Origin: Promethearchaeota archaeon | GTDB taxonomy: Archaea; Asgardarchaeota; Lokiarchaeia; Sigyniarchaeales; Promethearchaeaceae | Length of the DNA stretch: 32,000 nucleotides | Reading direction: 5' to 3' | Assembly (NCBI GenBank): GCA_016933055.1 | Contig: JAFGBS010000034.1 | Coordinates: forward strand, 1 to 32,000 | Part shown: positions 16,866 to 26,374 of the stretch, one piece after another | Layout of the letters: each line of letters starts with the position of its first letter | Position numbering within the stretch: the stretch's first letter is position 1 | Made by a program: the position numbers and the translations under genes | Notes under the pieces: model-generated | Told to the model about the DNA's origin: nothing | The model's database searches: none | What the model saw: the letters and a program-made list of their open reading frames with translations, nothing else

Positions 16866-18575
16866 CTAAGAATAAAATAAATTCCATGTTGGATGGTAAG
16901 AATGCACCATATCCATGATTTCCGTATAATCATCTACGGAAAAATAAGGTATGGGACATCTATAATCCCCGGATTCGCAAATTCTAAAATCTATATGTCC
17001 CAAACCTATATTATTATTGCTGAGAATTGCTATAACATATCCTTTTTCCACCCAAGTACCCACAGTTACATTAATTTGTGCTAACTGTACCTCTCTTTGA
17101 AATGTTGTTGCAGCGTAGATATTTAACCGGTATTCAAATTCTACTGTTTCATTATAGGTTATGTTTATGATGATCTGATACCTGTTTGCACTGGGTAGTC
17201 CCAAATCATTATACCCCACGTATGAAACATTCCCGGGTGCTGCCGCGAGTACTTTTACCCCGTCGTTCATATGGTAATTAATGCCAAGATGCTCGTAACC
17301 CCAAGGACAACTATCTGTAGTTGAAAAACCCGCTTCAAAACTATATATATCTGCTTGTGTATTATATATGACTCCCAATTTGTTCAAAATCGTAGAATCA
17401 TATATAAGTTGCCAATTTGGTAAAAATGTATGATAAAGGTTTAGCATTTTGGAATACCCATAGTCTCCATAATATCTATCCATAGGAAGACGCTCCCAAT
17501 TCTCTACTACGTCATGATGAATATGTGCTGATGGACCAACGAATAAAAATCGCCCTATTTCTTGACCAGGTATAACCCAATCCCCTTCTTCAACGGTGAT
17601 CATGGATTTCTGTAACTCAAAATCTGCCATATCACCTGTCCAAGGCTCAAAATTATATCCAACCATCGTGGTGTCATTATAACTTATCATTAATCCTACC
17701 ATATACCGATTTTCCACTCCACTTCCCCAATCTTTGTATTCAACCATAGTTACTTGACCTGGTGCAGCAGCACGAATGATGGAATTATTATTGAATTGAA
17801 TATCAATTCCTAAATGCTCCCGATGCATAGGATTATACACACCACGAGCATACGGAGAAATCCACTGTACATCACTGGGATTATCCCAAATCACATCCAG
17901 ATACACTAAGGGTGTATTTTCATCAAAACAGAAAAATGGCCATTCGGGATGATAAATGTGAACTAAATCCATCATTTCATCATAAGCGACGGGTGTATAG
18001 TATTTATCAAGGCGAATTCTCTCCCCCCTATCTTTTAAGTCGAAGTGAATATGAGCACCTGAACCTGCATTCAAAAATACTCCCACAATGTCGCCTTCTT
18101 GTACCCAATCCCCCTCCTTTACTTGAATTAATTGTTTTTGATGATCCCAATTAGCCGATATGTTCGTCCACGGTTCAAAACAGTAACACAACTCAATAGA
18201 TTTATTGAATCGTATGTACACATGAATCATAAATCTATTTTCTCCACTATCCTCACCCCAATCATCGTAAGTAATTTCCGTTACCTTTCCTGGAGCACCT
18301 GCGATTACATTTGAGTTATTCTTAAAAGCAAAATCGAATCCTTCGTGTACTCTCCCCCATGGGCAAGATCGGGTAGTTGAATACCCTCCATTTACAGCAT
18401 AGATATCATTCGGATCTTCAAAAATCACATTAAGCTTTAAAACAGACGAATCATATCGAGCACCGGGATTAAAAAATAAATCTATATTCAAAAAACTGGG
18501 AACCAAGTAAATCCCCACAACACTAATGATTAATAGAAAGCCAATAAATAATGCAATTTTGGCACCTTTTTTCAT
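16866..18575 (-). CDS. Membrane-anchored protein with three tandem M23-family peptidase domains
   Basis: N-terminal TM (IALFIGFLLIISVVGIYLV); repeats with HEGFD/HIH, HLGID/HIH and HLGIN/HID; shared AAAPG-x-V and VxxGDxV segments. Confidence 0.85.
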   Translation of the reverse strand: MKKGAKIALFIGFLLIISVVGIYLVPSFLNIDLFFNPGARYDSSVLKLNVIFEDPNDIYAVNGGYSTTRSCPWGRVHEGFDFAFKNNSNVIAGAPGKVTEITYDDWGEDSGENRFMIHVYIRFNKSIELCYCFEPWTNISANWDHQKQLIQVKEGDWVQEGDIVGVFLNAGSGAHIHFDLKDRGERIRLDKYYTPVAYDEMMDLVHIYHPEWPFFCFDENTPLVYLDVIWDNPSDVQWISPYARGVYNPMHREHLGIDIQFNNNSIIRAAAPGQVTMVEYKDWGSGVENRYMVGLMISYNDTTMVGYNFEPWTGDMADFELQKSMITVEEGDWVIPGQEIGRFLFVGPSAHIHHDVVENWERLPMDRYYGDYGYSKMLNLYHTFLPNWQLIYDSTILNKLGVIYNTQADIYSFEAGFSTTDSCPWGYEHLGINYHMNDGVKVLAAAPGNVSYVGYNDLGLPSANRYQIIINITYNETVEFEYRLNIYAATTFQREVQLAQINVTVGTWVEKGYVIAILSNNNIGLGHIDFRICESGDYRCPIPYFSVDDYTEIMDMVHSYHPTWNLFYS

Positions 18576-18612
18576 AGAGAAAATATAGATAATCGACTTA
18601 TAACCTTAACTC

Positions 18613-20211
18613 TCAGTCAAGAGCATTGTACATTGAAGTGATTTTATTGAAGAATTCCCTTTCCGTAATAAGTTTTAAATGTAAATCATGGTGTAACTTT
18701 TTTATCTGTTCATAATGATCTTTAAGGAAATTTGTAAACCATTCAGAAGACATCGATTTTGCTAATAATTCAGGAATTTGAGAGAGATTTTTATATTTTT
18801 GCTTATCGGTTTCGGAAGATGTAACAAATTGGGAAACTCTTTGGAAATAATCCTTTATTTCTGAAACTGTTTGATCAACAATATATTCATACGATTCATC
18901 CCATGGATTTCCTTGTAGATCAATAGCTTTTAGTTGTTTCAAAGCAGACATACTTTCCGGTAACGAGTTCAGTAAATTATAACTCACATTAAGTAAACGC
19001 AACTCGATTAGCAAACCTATATTTTCCGGAAGATATGTAAGCTTATTGGACTGTAAGTTAAGACGTTTCAGTTCCGTTAGTTTTACGATCTCGGCAGGAA
19101 CCCGGATAATTTGATTATAAGATAAATCGAGGTGGACTAATTTGTTGAGATTAGAAATGGTTGCAGGGAGGGTTTCAAGTGCATTCCATGAAATCTCTAG
19201 ATGTTGAATGTTTTTCAAATTACCAAATGCGTCGGGAAGATTAGATATTTGATTTCTTCGCAAGTTTAGGTATTTTAAATTTTTCAAGTTCCCAAATGTT
19301 TCTGTTAATGAGGTCAATCGATTATTTACGATATTGAGTGCTTCTAGGGAACTTAAATCACCAAAATTATCGGGTAAATCGCCTAATTGATTCCAAGAGA
19401 GATTTAGTACTTGAAGATTCTTAAGATTACATACAGAGTCGGGTAAATGCTCCAATTTGTTGTTGAACAGATATAATATCTTCAAATTGGTCAAGTTCCC
19501 AAAATTTGATGGTAATTTCTCCAATATATTCCAAGATATATTGAGTTCTTCCAAATTAGCTAGAGTTGTAATAGAATTTGGTAATTGCATCAGGTTATTA
19601 TAAGATATATCTAATTGTTTAACGGACCGTAATAATCCTATACTATCAGGTAAGGATATTAATTCATTATTTGAAAGTTCTAAAGTTTCTAGGTTTTGCA
19701 ATTCACCGATACTATCGGGAATAGCAGAAATCTGGTTATTATAAAGAGACAAAAATTTTAATTTTTGCATGTTTCCGAATAATTCGGGTAGAAATTGAAT
19801 TCTGTTTGACTTAAGATCCAACTCTGATAAATTTTTCAAAGAGATGATGGAATTTGGGAGAAAATTCAAACGATTGTTTCCCAAAATTAATTTTTCAAGA
19901 GCTGTAAGTCTTCCTAAAGTGGCAGGTAATGATACGAGTTTGTTATTCAAAAGATAAAGCTCTTTTAATTCTGATAAAGAACCAAGAGAAGAGGGTAACG
20001 CAATTAAATTCTCATTATTGAACCCTAATCCTGTAATTCTGTTTTTATTAATTGTATAGCCTGTTTTTCGATCGATGATGCAAGTTCCGTTTGATAAATG
20101 GGTGTGTTCAATTGCATCTACCATAGGGATTGGTTTTTGTAGTAATTCTTCCATCTCCCGTAAAAAATTTACCTCATCTTGAGGTAAAGTAATCCCATGG
20201 TAGTCACTCAT
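18613..20211 (-). CDS. Leucine-rich repeat protein (about 16-17 repeats of 23 aa)
   Basis: Repeated LxxLxLxxNxLxxLPxxIxxLxx; C-cap LKAIDLQGNPW; ~90-aa helical tail. Confidence 0.95.
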   Translation of the reverse strand: MSDYHGITLPQDEVNFLREMEELLQKPIPMVDAIEHTHLSNGTCIIDRKTGYTINKNRITGLGFNNENLIALPSSLGSLSELKELYLLNNKLVSLPATLGRLTALEKLILGNNRLNFLPNSIISLKNLSELDLKSNRIQFLPELFGNMQKLKFLSLYNNQISAIPDSIGELQNLETLELSNNELISLPDSIGLLRSVKQLDISYNNLMQLPNSITTLANLEELNISWNILEKLPSNFGNLTNLKILYLFNNKLEHLPDSVCNLKNLQVLNLSWNQLGDLPDNFGDLSSLEALNIVNNRLTSLTETFGNLKNLKYLNLRRNQISNLPDAFGNLKNIQHLEISWNALETLPATISNLNKLVHLDLSYNQIIRVPAEIVKLTELKRLNLQSNKLTYLPENIGLLIELRLLNVSYNLLNSLPESMSALKQLKAIDLQGNPWDESYEYIVDQTVSEIKDYFQRVSQFVTSSETDKQKYKNLSQIPELLAKSMSSEWFTNFLKDHYEQIKKLHHDLHLKLITEREFFNKITSMYNALD

Positions 20212-20229
20212 TTAAATCCCTTTATTTTT

Positions 20230-20829
20230 CTATAGCTCCTTAATAGCGTAAAGATCCTTAATAGTTTTTAGTGTTTCTGTTATTCTCTCAAAATGCGTTC
20301 CTATCCAGAAATATTTACCACAATTTTTATTACTACATTGCCAGAAATCAGAATGATATTCGTAGACACTAGAAGGAATCTTATCTCTATCTACATTTGG
20401 TTTGGTAATCTTTTGCAAAATGGAATTACATTTTGGACAACGAGCAATTTCAATACCATATTCTAATTCTATATGAAAGTGCAAGTAAATTTCTGCCATA
20501 TTAATTCCAATTTCGTCTGATCTTAGCAATAAACAAGGATAAAATTGATTTCCGCTATTAATTCGGGAATATTCGGGAATATGAAATTTTTGGATGAAAT
20601 TAGATTCAGTTTTTAGATTTTTTTCCGTTATTTCTTGCATTTTCCGAATAATCTCCGCATCCTTAGAAATTAGAATACGGTATGTGGAGACGCAAATTCT
20701 AATTATTTGATCATCATTGGGAGTTATGCCATCTTCATTTGGATGGTCTTTAGGAGATGTAGTATCATAACCGAGAATTCGTAACCATCTGAGAACTTTG
20801 CCGCACATCTCATCAGTAAGAAACTTCAC
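20230..20829 (-). CDS. Mut7-C RNase domain (PIN-like) protein with C-terminal Zn ribbon
   Basis: FLTDEMCGKVLRWLRILGYDT, LISKD, RCPKCN ... FWQCSNKNCGKYFWIGTHF. GTG start. Confidence 0.88.
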   Translation of the reverse strand: MKFLTDEMCGKVLRWLRILGYDTTSPKDHPNEDGITPNDDQIIRICVSTYRILISKDAEIIRKMQEITEKNLKTESNFIQKFHIPEYSRINSGNQFYPCLLLRSDEIGINMAEIYLHFHIELEYGIEIARCPKCNSILQKITKPNVDRDKIPSSVYEYHSDFWQCSNKNCGKYFWIGTHFERITETLKTIKDLYAIKEL

Positions 20830-20915
20830 GTTAACAACACATATTAATTAATAAATTATCGTTTAAAAAAAATCCAGAAAGAAAAAAGTTCATGTTTTAT
20901 TCTAGTAATTTCACA

Positions 20916-21389
20916 TCATTTGTATTGCAGCATTTTCAGTAACTGTAATTTTGAATAGGAAATCAGATCCATAGTATCTTGTCTCGGATTTTGAATATGA
21001 GCCAATAAATTTTTGAATTCTACCTTTTTATGAAGCCACTTTGTGAGTATTTTCAATTGATTTTCATAGTTTTTGATGTTTGAGAAAAAATATCTCAGAA
21101 ATTCGCCACTCGTTCGATCTGAGTTGTTAAACACAAACGAAATCATGATTTCATTATGTCCTCCTCTTACATATGCCTCCGATAGAAAAGAATAGATATA
21201 ATTTGCCGAAATCCTGTTGTTGTGATAATGAACGAAAAAACTATCCGGTTGGTGAAGATCCATAAGTGCAGATATTTCTTTTTCTAATTCTTTATCTTTC
21301 GCAATATCCGAATTAGACACCAGAATCGAAGGTCCATATTTTAAATCAAAATAAGACACTATGGTATCAAAAGGTGCTAGATCTTCCAT
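20916..21389 (-). CDS. Small longin/uDENN-like domain protein
   Basis: SYFDLKYGP (FDxxxGP opening typical of uDENN longins) and YVRGGHNEIMISFVF; resembles the N-terminal domain of 29796-31160. Confidence 0.6.
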   Translation of the reverse strand: MEDLAPFDTIVSYFDLKYGPSILVSNSDIAKDKELEKEISALMDLHQPDSFFVHYHNNRISANYIYSFLSEAYVRGGHNEIMISFVFNNSDRTSGEFLRYFFSNIKNYENQLKILTKWLHKKVEFKNLLAHIQNPRQDTMDLISYSKLQLLKMLQYK

Positions 21390-21603
21390 CTTGGAATTAT
21401 TGTCGACATTCCTTTAATTTGATTGATAACATGCGCATATATATACTGTTATGCGAATAATCATTGACTGAGTTCTTTTATTAACCGTGATGATTTGCCT
21501 TTATAGGCATCCATTCTTTAATATGAATACTCCAAAAACCTTTAGTTTTTAGTCTCATTTTAAATACTAGATTCAAGATAGTGGTAATTCGAGGTAAATT
21601 TAA

Positions 21604-24210
21604 GTGACTCAACAGCATTCAGTAACCGTCGGATTGGAAGATGAAGCTAATGCACGAATCAAGCGATTTCGGACTCGATTTTTGAAAGAAATTCCGTATA
21701 TTTCTATCCAACGTGCGAAATTTTATACACAAAAATGGAAGGAACTGAAAAATCGAAATGATTTGTCCCTTAACGAAAAAGTCGCACTTTCAATGATGCA
21801 TGTCTATGAGAACCTGGATTTTCATATCGATGGGGATGATTGGATAGTAGGTGGCTGGACGGAGAACTTCCTCGGAATTCCGATAGATATTGAGAGGGGA
21901 TTATATAATGGTGTTTTTGAAATTGAATTTAGTAAACGAAAAATGCGTCAATTCGCTCTTAAGGGAAATTTAGCATTTGCTCTACATAAAATCAAAACAG
22001 AAGGATTGCGTAATTTACTGAAGAGTTTAAAAGAAAGCAATAAAGTCGGGATTGCTATGCCCGGACTGGGAAATGATACTATTGATACTCGAAAAATTAA
22101 TCCCTATCAAATTAAACCAGAAGATAAGAAAATTCTATTATCAGAATTACTACCATATTGGAAAAATAGTAATATTGCAGATAAATTGATTCAAAAATTC
22201 AATGAATCCGACCTATACCGAGGAGAATTTAAGGAATTTATAAATAATTTACCGCGGAGCACTGCAAAAAACGATGTGGTCACTAATATTGGAGCAGCTT
22301 TGGGTGTTTGGCAAGGACATTTAATACTTGACCACCATACTCCCCTGAAAAAAGGACTTATAGGGATGTTGGAAGACGTTGCGAACTCAATGAAAGAACC
22401 TGATTTAAAATCAGAGGAACTTTCCTTTTTAAAGTCAGTTCAACTTGCGCTGGAAGGTGTTAAAGTATTTGCTAGAAATCTGGCTGAAAAAGTAAGGAAA
22501 GAAACTGAATCTGTTAACGACCCCGAAAGAAAAAGACAACTGGAAGAAATTGAAAAAATTTGCACTAATGTGCCTCTCTATCCCGCCAGAACCTTCAAAG
22601 AAGCGGTACAAGCATATTGGACGGTTAAAACTGCAGTAGAAATAGCCGTTCCTTTTAATGTGCATGCTCCTGGTAGATTGGATCAGATTTTGTATCCTTA
22701 TTACATAAAAGACTTAGAAGAGGGAATTATTACCCGTGATATTGCTCGGGAGATCTTAGAAGAATTATTTTTAAAAATAATGTCACATAACATGCGTCCC
22801 TATTCCAATGCTTCTACGGAATTCAGCCAACGTTACGAGGGTTCGGAACCTGTAACCTTGGCGGGAATCACGAGAAGTGGTAAAGATGCTACAAACCAAT
22901 TAACCTACCTCATTTTAGAAGCAGCGGACCGATCACGTGCTTCCCTCAACTTTGTGGTTCGGATACACCCGAATTCCCCTGAAGACTTATTGTTAGAAGT
23001 GGCCGGCCTGCACAGTAAAGGTTTATCCAGTGTATCCCTCATGAATGACGAGATATGTATTCAAACATTGTTGAAGCGTGGATTTACGCAAGAGGATGCA
23101 AATGATTTTGGAATCACGGGATGCGTTGACATGGTCGCCCCTGGCAAGACAGGCGGAGAAGGATTCTCCTCCATGTTGATGTGTAGTGTTCTTGACTTAG
23201 CTTTGCGTAACGGAAACACTCGAACCCCAATGGGATTGCTAAAAAATGTAGGATTAAAAACAGGCGAACCCGAGGACTTCGAAAATTTTGAACAATTACT
23301 TCACGCGTTCTTCAAACAGGCTGATTTAATGCTAGATCTTATTGTAAAAGGATCTCGGATTCGAGATGAATTATACGCAAAAGAATTACCCGCCCCCCAT
23401 ATTTCTGCATTTATGCAAGGACCTTTAGAATCGAAAAAAGATATAACTTTAGGTGGAGCAATCTACGATGTCGAAGGTATCTTATATATGTGCAGTATTG
23501 CAAATACCATTGATTCTCTTTATGTAATTAAGAAATTAGTGTTTGAGCAACAAAAATTCACTCTTCGGCGCCTCATGGAAGCTGTGGATCATAATTACTC
23601 TCATGGATACGAATGGATACGGAAAGAAATTATGAACTTGAAAGGGAAATGGGGGAATGGAAATCCCGAATCTGATGAACTAGCTTGCAGAATCACCACG
23701 TATCTCTTTGAGCAGACATACAAATATAAAACCTTTAAAGATGGTTTTTTTGCACCTTTCATTAACTCTATGACTACTCATACCTATTCAGGGAGAATTT
23801 CCCTTGCTACTCCCGATGGTCGCTATGCTGGAAAACCCTTCGCTGCCAGTTGCAATCCTTATAATGTGGAAGAACATGGTCCCACGGGAGTATTACGATC
23901 CGTAGCTGCACTTGATTATTCTCATGTTATGGGGTGCGCGGTAAATATTCGAATGCATCCATCCGGTATAGGGAAAACGAAAGAATCCCAGAAGAAATGG
24001 ACATCATTAATACAAACCTACTTTAAATTAGGAGGAGAACAACTTCAACCCACTGTCGTCTCGACTGAAATGCTACGCGAGGCCCAAAAGAATCCAGATC
24101 AGTATCAAGGATTAATTATTAAAGTAGGGGGCTATTCGGCTTATTTTGTGGATCTGGGAAAAGAAATTCAAGATGAGATCATATCACGAACAGAGCATGA
24201 TCGGATTTAG
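21604..24210 (+). CDS. Glycyl radical enzyme (PFL2/dehydratase-like clan), substrate unassigned
   Basis: 868 aa; PGRLDQILYPYY; single-Cys loop ITGCVD; TPDGRYAG; glycyl finger IIKVGGYSAYF. Confidence 0.92.
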   Translation: MTQQHSVTVGLEDEANARIKRFRTRFLKEIPYISIQRAKFYTQKWKELKNRNDLSLNEKVALSMMHVYENLDFHIDGDDWIVGGWTENFLGIPIDIERGLYNGVFEIEFSKRKMRQFALKGNLAFALHKIKTEGLRNLLKSLKESNKVGIAMPGLGNDTIDTRKINPYQIKPEDKKILLSELLPYWKNSNIADKLIQKFNESDLYRGEFKEFINNLPRSTAKNDVVTNIGAALGVWQGHLILDHHTPLKKGLIGMLEDVANSMKEPDLKSEELSFLKSVQLALEGVKVFARNLAEKVRKETESVNDPERKRQLEEIEKICTNVPLYPARTFKEAVQAYWTVKTAVEIAVPFNVHAPGRLDQILYPYYIKDLEEGIITRDIAREILEELFLKIMSHNMRPYSNASTEFSQRYEGSEPVTLAGITRSGKDATNQLTYLILEAADRSRASLNFVVRIHPNSPEDLLLEVAGLHSKGLSSVSLMNDEICIQTLLKRGFTQEDANDFGITGCVDMVAPGKTGGEGFSSMLMCSVLDLALRNGNTRTPMGLLKNVGLKTGEPEDFENFEQLLHAFFKQADLMLDLIVKGSRIRDELYAKELPAPHISAFMQGPLESKKDITLGGAIYDVEGILYMCSIANTIDSLYVIKKLVFEQQKFTLRRLMEAVDHNYSHGYEWIRKEIMNLKGKWGNGNPESDELACRITTYLFEQTYKYKTFKDGFFAPFINSMTTHTYSGRISLATPDGRYAGKPFAASCNPYNVEEHGPTGVLRSVAALDYSHVMGCAVNIRMHPSGIGKTKESQKKWTSLIQTYFKLGGEQLQPTVVSTEMLREAQKNPDQYQGLIIKVGGYSAYFVDLGKEIQDEIISRTEHDRI

Positions 24211-24215
24211 GTATC

Positions 24216-25154
24216 ATGAAACAAAAAGAAATCAATGGTGTCCAAACAGGTGTTATTTTTGATATTGCTCCTTATTCTATTTACGATGGGCCTGGAATTC
24301 GTACTAATATATATCTCAAAGGTTGTCCATTGCACTGTTTGTGGTGTCATAATCCAGAATCTCAAGAATTTACTCCACAATTGTCTTATTTATTTGATAG
24401 ATGCAGTAAATGTGGCACGTGTGAGAAAACCTGCCCGGAGGGTGCGATAACTATCGACTTTGAAACTGGTGTACAGATTATCCAAGATAAATGCACTCTA
24501 TGTGGGCAATGCGTTGAGAATTGCCCTCAAAAGGCATTAGAAATCATTGGTAGAGAGATGACCGTGAACGAAGTAATCAACGAAGTAATCCGCGATAAAT
24601 CTTTTTTCGAAAATTCTGGAGGGGGAATTACCATAACTGGGGGAGAACCTACAGCACAACCAAAATTCTTGCTTGGTTTATTGAGACTACTTAAAAAGAA
24701 TGGAATTCATACAGCAATTGAAACGTGCGGAGCATTTCCCGAAAAATTAATCTCTGAACTTGTAGAAGTGGTGGATTTATTCTTGTTTGATATAAAACAT
24801 CCCAATTCAGAAGTTCATAAACAAGTTACAGGTGTTCCGAGTGATCAAATTCAACAGAATTTTAGAACCATTTATTCATTAGTGGGGGCAAATAGAATCA
24901 TCCCGAGAATCCCCCTCATACCTGGTATCAATATCGAGATCAATGTTATTGATAAAATCATTGCTTTCTTACTAAATGCAAATTATACAGGACCCGTACA
25001 CCTAATGCCCTACAATAAAATGGCAAAAACTAAGTATGAAAAAATCGGAAAATCTTCATCCTACAAGGATATGGGAGAGTTGACCGAAGAGAAATTAAGT
25101 GATATTTTGTCGAGATTTTCAGAGAATAAAATCGAAGTTGTCGTGAATCATTAG
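24216..25154 (+). CDS. Glycyl-radical enzyme activating enzyme (radical SAM with ferredoxin-like insertion)
   Basis: DGPGIRT, GCPLHCLWCHNPES, CSKCGTCEKTCP and CTLCGQCVENCP, GGITITGGEP; 5 nt after the GRE stop. Confidence 0.94.
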   Translation: MKQKEINGVQTGVIFDIAPYSIYDGPGIRTNIYLKGCPLHCLWCHNPESQEFTPQLSYLFDRCSKCGTCEKTCPEGAITIDFETGVQIIQDKCTLCGQCVENCPQKALEIIGREMTVNEVINEVIRDKSFFENSGGGITITGGEPTAQPKFLLGLLRLLKKNGIHTAIETCGAFPEKLISELVEVVDLFLFDIKHPNSEVHKQVTGVPSDQIQQNFRTIYSLVGANRIIPRIPLIPGINIEINVIDKIIAFLLNANYTGPVHLMPYNKMAKTKYEKIGKSSSYKDMGELTEEKLSDILSRFSENKIEVVVNH

Positions 25155-25224
25155 TATAATATTTGGGAGTATTTATTAAGGAGAAAATAGCAGTTAGATC
25201 TATCACTATAATCTGGTGATTAGC

Positions 25225-25368
25225 ATGGGTAAAAAAGATGACATCTGCCGCAGTATTACAGATGAGATAGCCGAAATTAATTTTGAATGTCTCAAAAAGA
25301 ATGGATCTAGTGATAATAAAGTTATTTATTCTCGTAAAACGGGATATTCTCGCACTACGAGAAAGTAG
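25225..25368 (+). CDS. Possible 47-aa small protein (not in ORF track)
   Basis: MGKKDDICRSITDEIAEINFECLKKNGSSDNKVIYSRKTGYSRTTRK*, preceded by an archaeal-type SD GGTGAT, in an otherwise empty 535-bp gap. Confidence 0.35.
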   Translation: MGKKDDICRSITDEIAEINFECLKKNGSSDNKVIYSRKTGYSRTTRK

Positions 25369-25689
25369 ATCTGTCTTTTTCTAATTTTTTGATAGTAGAT
25401 AGGTTCGCGCAGTTTAATTTCAGTTTCTTACATCTACGTTATGCTAAAGTCAGGTTGAATTATGATATCTACATCTTGGAGCGAATAACATGCCCCCAAA
25501 GATGTAGAAGGTGTTCAAATCAGTTCTTTAAACGCTATGAAGGTTAAAAGATCTATGTTCTAATCCGATCGGATAAACTTACTGAATAGAATGGTAAATA
25601 TGCAGTATTTTACCTAGAAGTATATCTATCGTTACAATTCTCTATACGTTCCTTTCTATTGATAATTAAAAAGAAAAGATAGAAATCGG

Positions 25690-26223
25690 TTACTGGATTT
25701 TCCATTCGTACTTCCTAGGACCAAGAAATATTATGAATAAGGCACATACAAGTACAAAGAGACCTCCCCAACCATACCCAAATATTTCGAGTAGAACACC
25801 CATGATCAACATCCAAGGGATCTGGATCTTGTCAATAACCACTACATCGGTAAGTAATTTTTCCCATTCTTTATTTCCGCATAATTCAGAAAACTTAGGT
25901 TTTACCCAAATTATAGAAAGAGCTATTAATACTCCGGCATTAATGAGAGCCCATATTCCACTGCCAATGCGCAAGGTGGTAATATAAACAATACCTAAAA
26001 TAATGTGCACTACACCTGAAACAAGAACGAATATCCATGCATATTTTCCGAGTACAGTCACAAACGGCTCTAAACTCTCCCATGTAGATGAAGAATCGCT
26101 AGAAGATGTCTTAACAGATTTATTTTCTTCAGTAATTTTTGTATCAAATCCACATTTCTCACATACGGGCTTACCGCCCATTTCAGTACCACATTCAGGA
26201 CAGAACTTCGGAATTTTTGCCAT
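25690..26223 (-). CDS. Zinc-ribbon membrane protein
   Basis: FCPECG-x6-VCEKCG, Ser-rich linker, then 3-4 TM helices. ATG 26223 preferred. Confidence 0.8.
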   Translation of the reverse strand: MAKIPKFCPECGTEMGGKPVCEKCGFDTKITEENKSVKTSSSDSSSTWESLEPFVTVLGKYAWIFVLVSGVVHIILGIVYITTLRIGSGIWALINAGVLIALSIIWVKPKFSELCGNKEWEKLLTDVVVIDKIQIPWMLIMGVLLEIFGYGWGGLFVLVCALFIIFLGPRKYEWKIQ

Positions 26224-26374
26224 AATGCTTCCCTTATTTTTCATTGTTTGAAGGTTAAATAAGGTTTAGAATACTTCTAATTAAAGGTATTTAATCAAGT
26301 TAATGTAGAATCAGAATAAAGGAATCCTATTTAATCGTCCAATCTTAATACCATCAGTAACGGGAAGAAAGCTG

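Noticed and set aside
21604-24210. Pyruvate formate-lyase (pflB), or a specific call such as cutC
   Set aside because: There is a single catalytic Cys rather than CC, and the motifs do not let me assign a characterised class.
25389-25547. 52-codon ORF containing CPQRCRRC (CxxxCxxC, radical-SAM-like)
   Set aside because: TTG start with no SD, far too short for a radical SAM domain and no other family motif; probably chance.
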